A stretch of 10,664 nucleotides of DNA, taken from Bdellovibrionales bacterium (GTDB lineage Bacteria > Bdellovibrionota > Bdellovibrionia > Bdellovibrionales > JAMPXM01). Of this stretch, positions 7,501 through 10,664 are shown one piece after another; the stretch's first letter is position 1; each line of letters opens with the position of its first letter. The stretch covers positions 1 through 10,664 of the forward strand of contig JAYUEN010000449.1 of assembly GCA_043739185.1 (NCBI GenBank), read 5' to 3'. The position numbers were made by a program, and so were the translations under genes. The notes under the pieces were generated by a model. The model was given only the letters and a program-made list of their open reading frames with translations, was not told the DNA's origin and ran no database searches.

Positions 7501-9639
7501 ATGAGTATTGAAGAAAGTCTGAGAATTAAAGCAGTTGGTGATATCGCCATTATGGAGTGGGATCTGGTTGGCGAAAAAGTAAATAAAATGTCCGCGCCCA
7601 TTTTGATTCGCCTGCGCGAACTTTTAGAAGAGATTCAGCAAAGTAAATTCAAAGCGCTCATTATGATTTCGAGAAAGCCCGGAATTTTTATTGCCGGAGC
7701 CGATATCGAAGAAATTAGAGCACTTAAGAAAAAAGAAGATTTTGAAAAAGCTTTGAATGAAGCTCATCAAATTTTTAATAAAGTTGAGGATTTGAAAATT
7801 CCGGTTATTGTCGCGATTCATGGGCAGTGTTTAGGTGGGGGATGTGAATTGTCACTCGCTTGCGATTACCGAATCGCAACCGATGATCCGAGCACGCGTA
7901 TTGGTTTACCTGAAGTGAAACTTGGCATTATACCAGGTTTTGGTGGCTGCGTGCGTTTGCCGCGCGCCGTAGGTCTTCAAGCTTCGCTCGATATTATTTT
8001 AGCTGGCAAAACTGTCGACGCAAATAAGGCTTTGAGAATTGGGCTCGTTGATCAAGTGGTGCATGTGAACTTTTTAGAAGAAGCAGCACTTAAAATGGCA
8101 AATGAAGTTGCTTCAAAACCAAAGCGAAAAAAACGTTTTCAAGCAGTGAAGCCAATGGACCGAATTTTAGAAAGCAAAATCGGCCAGCATTTGGTATTTA
8201 AGCAGGCGCGAAAAACCGTTATGATCCAAACCAAGGGCAAATATCCTGCTCCACTCAAGGCTTTAGAAGTTATTCAGAAGACCTATGGTTTTACTCGTCG
8301 TGATGAAGCCCTTGAAATTGAAAAGCAGGCTTTTTGTGAAGTCGGAATCACAGATGTTAGTAAACATCTTATCAATGTTTTCTTTTTAATGGAGAGTGTG
8401 AAGAAAAAATCAGGCGCCGGAGAAACTACGAAAGCTAAGAAAGTTTCAAAGCTTGCAGTACTTGGTGCTGGCACTATGGGTGGCGGTATTGCCTATATCG
8501 CTGCTGATAAGGGGATCGATGCTCGCATTAAAGATATCAATACCGAAGCATTGTCCCGAGGCTTCATTGCGGTTCAAGATATTTTAGGGAAACTACTTAA
8601 AAAAAGAAAAATCACCAAATACGACTATCAACGCAAGATCGATTTGATTTCAGGAACCACCGATTATTCAGGCTTTAAATTAGTAGATGTGGTGATTGAA
8701 GCAATTGTTGAAGATATGAAAATCAAACAAAAAGTTATTGGCGAATTGGTGGGTCAATGTCGCCCTGATTGCATTATCGCAACCAATACTTCAAGCTTAA
8801 GCGTTACTGAGATGGCAAAAGCGCATCCAAATCCAGCGAATTTTGTTGGCATGCACTTTTTTAATCCAGTTCATAAAATGCCCTTGGTTGAAGTGATTCG
8901 CGGTGAAAAGACCAGCGATGAGGCTACCGCTACTATTTTTGAGCTTTCAAAAAAGCTTGGCAAAATTCCGGTCGTGGTAAAAGATGGACCAGGATTTTTA
9001 GTCAATCGTTTGCTTATGCCATATCTCATTGAGGCTGCATTTCTTCTTGAAGAAGGTGCGAGCATTGAAAATGTCGATGAGCTTTACGTCAATGACTTCG
9101 GAATGCCCATGGGCCCATTTACATTGATGGATGAAATCGGCATCGATGTCTGTGGTAAAGTTGTCAAAATTTTTCACGAGAGTTTTGGTGACCGCGTTCA
9201 GGTTCCAACTTCAATGGCAAAATTGGTTGAACTCAAACGTCTTGGCAAAAAAACGCAAAAAGGTTTTTATCACTACGATGCAAATGGTAAGCGTGGTGGT
9301 GTCGATCACAGTGTTTACACAGCTCTCGGCCTTAAGACTCCATTAGATTCAATTAGCGATAAAGATATAGTTCAGCGCGGAATTTTTGCCATGATAAATG
9401 AGGCGGCACTCGCTTTGATTGAAGAGCATATCGTCGATACTCCAGAAGAAGTTGATCTTGCGATGATCATGGGTACTGGGTTTCCTCCATTTCGTGGCGG
9501 ATTGCTCAGGTATGCTGACAGTATCGGTACGGCCTATATCGCTGACGAGCTTGAGACTTATGCGACCAAGCTTGGCGATCGCTTTAAGACAAGTGTGCCA
9601 CTACGAAATATGGCAAAAACCAAGCGCAGCTTTTATTAG
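7501..9639 (+). CDS. fadJ: Fatty acid oxidation complex alpha subunit (enoyl-CoA hydratase / 3-hydroxyacyl-CoA dehydrogenase)
   Basis: Crotonase domain (FIAGADI, CLGGGCELSLAC, GLPEVKLGIIPGFGG) followed by an HAD domain (VLGAGTMGGGIA, IEAIVE, TNTSSL, GMHFFNP, GFLVNR, GTGFPPFRGG). Starts 3 nt after the thiolase stop. Confidence 0.94.
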   Translation: MSIEESLRIKAVGDIAIMEWDLVGEKVNKMSAPILIRLRELLEEIQQSKFKALIMISRKPGIFIAGADIEEIRALKKKEDFEKALNEAHQIFNKVEDLKIPVIVAIHGQCLGGGCELSLACDYRIATDDPSTRIGLPEVKLGIIPGFGGCVRLPRAVGLQASLDIILAGKTVDANKALRIGLVDQVVHVNFLEEAALKMANEVASKPKRKKRFQAVKPMDRILESKIGQHLVFKQARKTVMIQTKGKYPAPLKALEVIQKTYGFTRRDEALEIEKQAFCEVGITDVSKHLINVFFLMESVKKKSGAGETTKAKKVSKLAVLGAGTMGGGIAYIAADKGIDARIKDINTEALSRGFIAVQDILGKLLKKRKITKYDYQRKIDLISGTTDYSGFKLVDVVIEAIVEDMKIKQKVIGELVGQCRPDCIIATNTSSLSVTEMAKAHPNPANFVGMHFFNPVHKMPLVEVIRGEKTSDEATATIFELSKKLGKIPVVVKDGPGFLVNRLLMPYLIEAAFLLEEGASIENVDELYVNDFGMPMGPFTLMDEIGIDVCGKVVKIFHESFGDRVQVPTSMAKLVELKRLGKKTQKGFYHYDANGKRGGVDHSVYTALGLKTPLDSISDKDIVQRGIFAMINEAALALIEEHIVDTPEEVDLAMIMGTGFPPFRGGLLRYADSIGTAYIADELETYATKLGDRFKTSVPLRNMAKTKRSFY

Positions 9640-9640
9640 G

Positions 9641-9729
9641 GTGCCTGCTAACTTTTCGTAATTCAGCGTGTAAATTTAAATTTTTTAGGCCTAGCTTTGC
9701 GCGCTGAATTGCGAAAAGTTAGCAGGCAC
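9641..9729. repeat. 89-nt long inverted repeat (REP-doublet/MITE-like hairpin A)
   Basis: 34-nt arms at 9641-9674 (GTGCCTGCTAACTTTTCGTAATTCAGCGTGTAAA) and 9696-9729, with 31 Watson-Crick pairs plus 3 T.G pairs and a 21-nt loop. It fills the gap between two convergent stop codons. Confidence 0.9.
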
Positions 9730-9730
9730 A

Positions 9731-10402
9731 TTAATTACATGCGAAGAATGAGCAAGTTGGAATTTGAAAATTAAATTGACCAGTTACTGCAGCACCTCCA
9801 CCAACAACAACCTTGTTAGTAAACTGAACGGTGCCGGTAAAGTTTGTCGCATCATAATTCCCGCTAAATTGAATCGTACCGAAGGCATCATTGAATATGA
9901 TATTGGCGGCTCCGCCACCTGCAGTTCCGGTTGCCGTTGACATTGGGATTTGAATTGGACCGATTACTTGACCGGTTGAAGCCTGTTGTCCAACGAAACT
10001 ATCGTAAACACCTACAAGAAGGCGGCTGGTTGTTGCGATAGCGGTATTGGCCGGGGCAGTTGTCGCCTTTCCGCTTGATAATGTAACCTTCGCTCCAAAT
10101 GCAATTCCGGTATTATCACTGATTTGACCATCACTTACTGTTCCGAGAGCATTGGCTGTTATGGTGGCATCAACAAGCCCTGCCGCCGTGAGCTGAAAGC
10201 TTGCTTGATCGTCTCCCCAGAATAGTCCTTGAAGTACGATGTCGGTATTTCCCTGAGCCGCTACACTGCCTGCGCAACCAGCGGCATTGCGATTGTCGCA
10301 GCGACCAGCGGTTATGCCTGGCTCATCTTTCTTTCCACAAGACATAAAGATAAGAGCTTGAAGAATAAGGAAGCTTAAAAATTTCAGATTCAGATTTTTC
10401 AT
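9731..10402 (-). CDS. Uncharacterised Gly/Ala/Thr-rich lipoprotein, predicted beta-rich
   Basis: 223-aa ORF. Signal MKNLNLKFLSFLILQALIFMS|C with a lipobox-like FMSC followed by GKK. AAGGGA RBS upstream. Two Cys pairs (CDNRNAAGC and the terminal CSFFAC). Confidence 0.8.
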   Translation of the reverse strand: MKNLNLKFLSFLILQALIFMSCGKKDEPGITAGRCDNRNAAGCAGSVAAQGNTDIVLQGLFWGDDQASFQLTAAGLVDATITANALGTVSDGQISDNTGIAFGAKVTLSSGKATTAPANTAIATTSRLLVGVYDSFVGQQASTGQVIGPIQIPMSTATGTAGGGAANIIFNDAFGTIQFSGNYDATNFTGTVQFTNKVVVGGGAAVTGQFNFQIPTCSFFACN

Positions 10403-10446
10403 GGGAGTGTCCCTTCTAAAAAAATTCTATTAATATTAATAGCTAT

Positions 10447-10463
10447 CGCAAGAAGAGTACCGG
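10447..10463 (-). promoter_or_regulatory. Predicted sigma54 (-24/-12) promoter of the lipoprotein gene
   Basis: Minus strand CCGGTAC-TCTTC-TTGCG gives exact GG-N10-GC spacing versus the consensus TGGCAC-N5-TTGCW. Predicted TSS near 10436, 34 nt before the ATG. Confidence 0.6.
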
Positions 10464-10512
10464 TATGCCAGGGCTGCCTAGGCATTTAATTCTATTTGAG
10501 AAGATAAAATGA

Positions 10513-10525
10513 TCTCATTTTGAGA
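10513..10525. promoter_or_regulatory. TCTCA-TTT-TGAGA palindromic site, with a half-site at 10489-10501
   Basis: Same core as 2499-2511, about 77-89 bp upstream of the predicted sigma54 TSS. Confidence 0.5.
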
Positions 10526-10575
10526 CGAATGACCGTCAGGGTTTTGCAAATGTCAAAAGTGTGGACAGCCGTAAT

Positions 10576-10664
10576 GTACCTGCTTAGTTTTGGAGGCGCG
10601 CCGCGTTTGCCTAAATTCATATGTGAAACTGTGTCTACGCGGGGCGCCTCCAAAACTAAGCAGG
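10576..10664. repeat. Long inverted repeat (hairpin B), related to hairpin A and truncated by the window end
   Basis: 28-nt arms at 10579-10606 (CCTGCTTAGTTTTGGAGGCGCGCCGCGT) and 10637-10664, with one G/G mismatch and a 30-nt loop. It starts GTACCTGCTTAGTTTT versus GTGCCTGCTAACTTTT in hairpin A. Confidence 0.88.

Noticed and set aside
53..9346. Short alternative-frame or antisense ORFs in the track (e.g. 53-274, 1323-1508, 2215-2454, 4193-4444, 6440-6808, 6532-6930, 8871-9065, 9131-9346)
   Set aside because: They overlap well-supported genes and show no recognisable motifs, so they are most likely shadow ORFs.
10403..10413. GGGA-CAC-TCCC mini-hairpin covering the lipoprotein RBS (minus strand)
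   Set aside because: A 4-bp stem with a 3-nt loop is too weak to claim translational control.
9641..10664. Hairpins as integron attC sites, CRISPR repeats or intrinsic terminators
   Set aside because: No RYYYAAC/GTTRRRY cores or extrahelical bases, no repeat-spacer periodicity or cas/intI gene, and the stems are far longer than terminators and lack U-tracts where the flank is visible.

Overview
AT-leaning bacterial chromosomal window. Gene content and protein style suggest a Bdellovibrionota-like organism (inference, not verified). It holds seven convincing CDS: a secreted protein with a phospholipase-A2-like CCxxHDxxY motif (+), hflX (-), a probable maeB-galE operon (-), a divergent fadI-fadJ beta-oxidation operon (+), and an uncharacterised lipoprotein (-) behind a sigma54-type promoter. 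The non-coding DNA is the more interesting part. (1) Two related ~90-nt hairpin elements with shared GTRCCTGCTWASTTTT ends flank the lipoprotein gene and its promoter. (2) A TCTCA-N3-TGAGA palindrome recurs upstream of three transcription units, twice exactly 6 bp upstream of a predicted -35 box. (3) hflX has a long leader with small ORFs and probably a non-canonical ATA start overlapping a leader stop codon (ATAA). No transposase, rRNA, tRNA or CRISPR array was seen.
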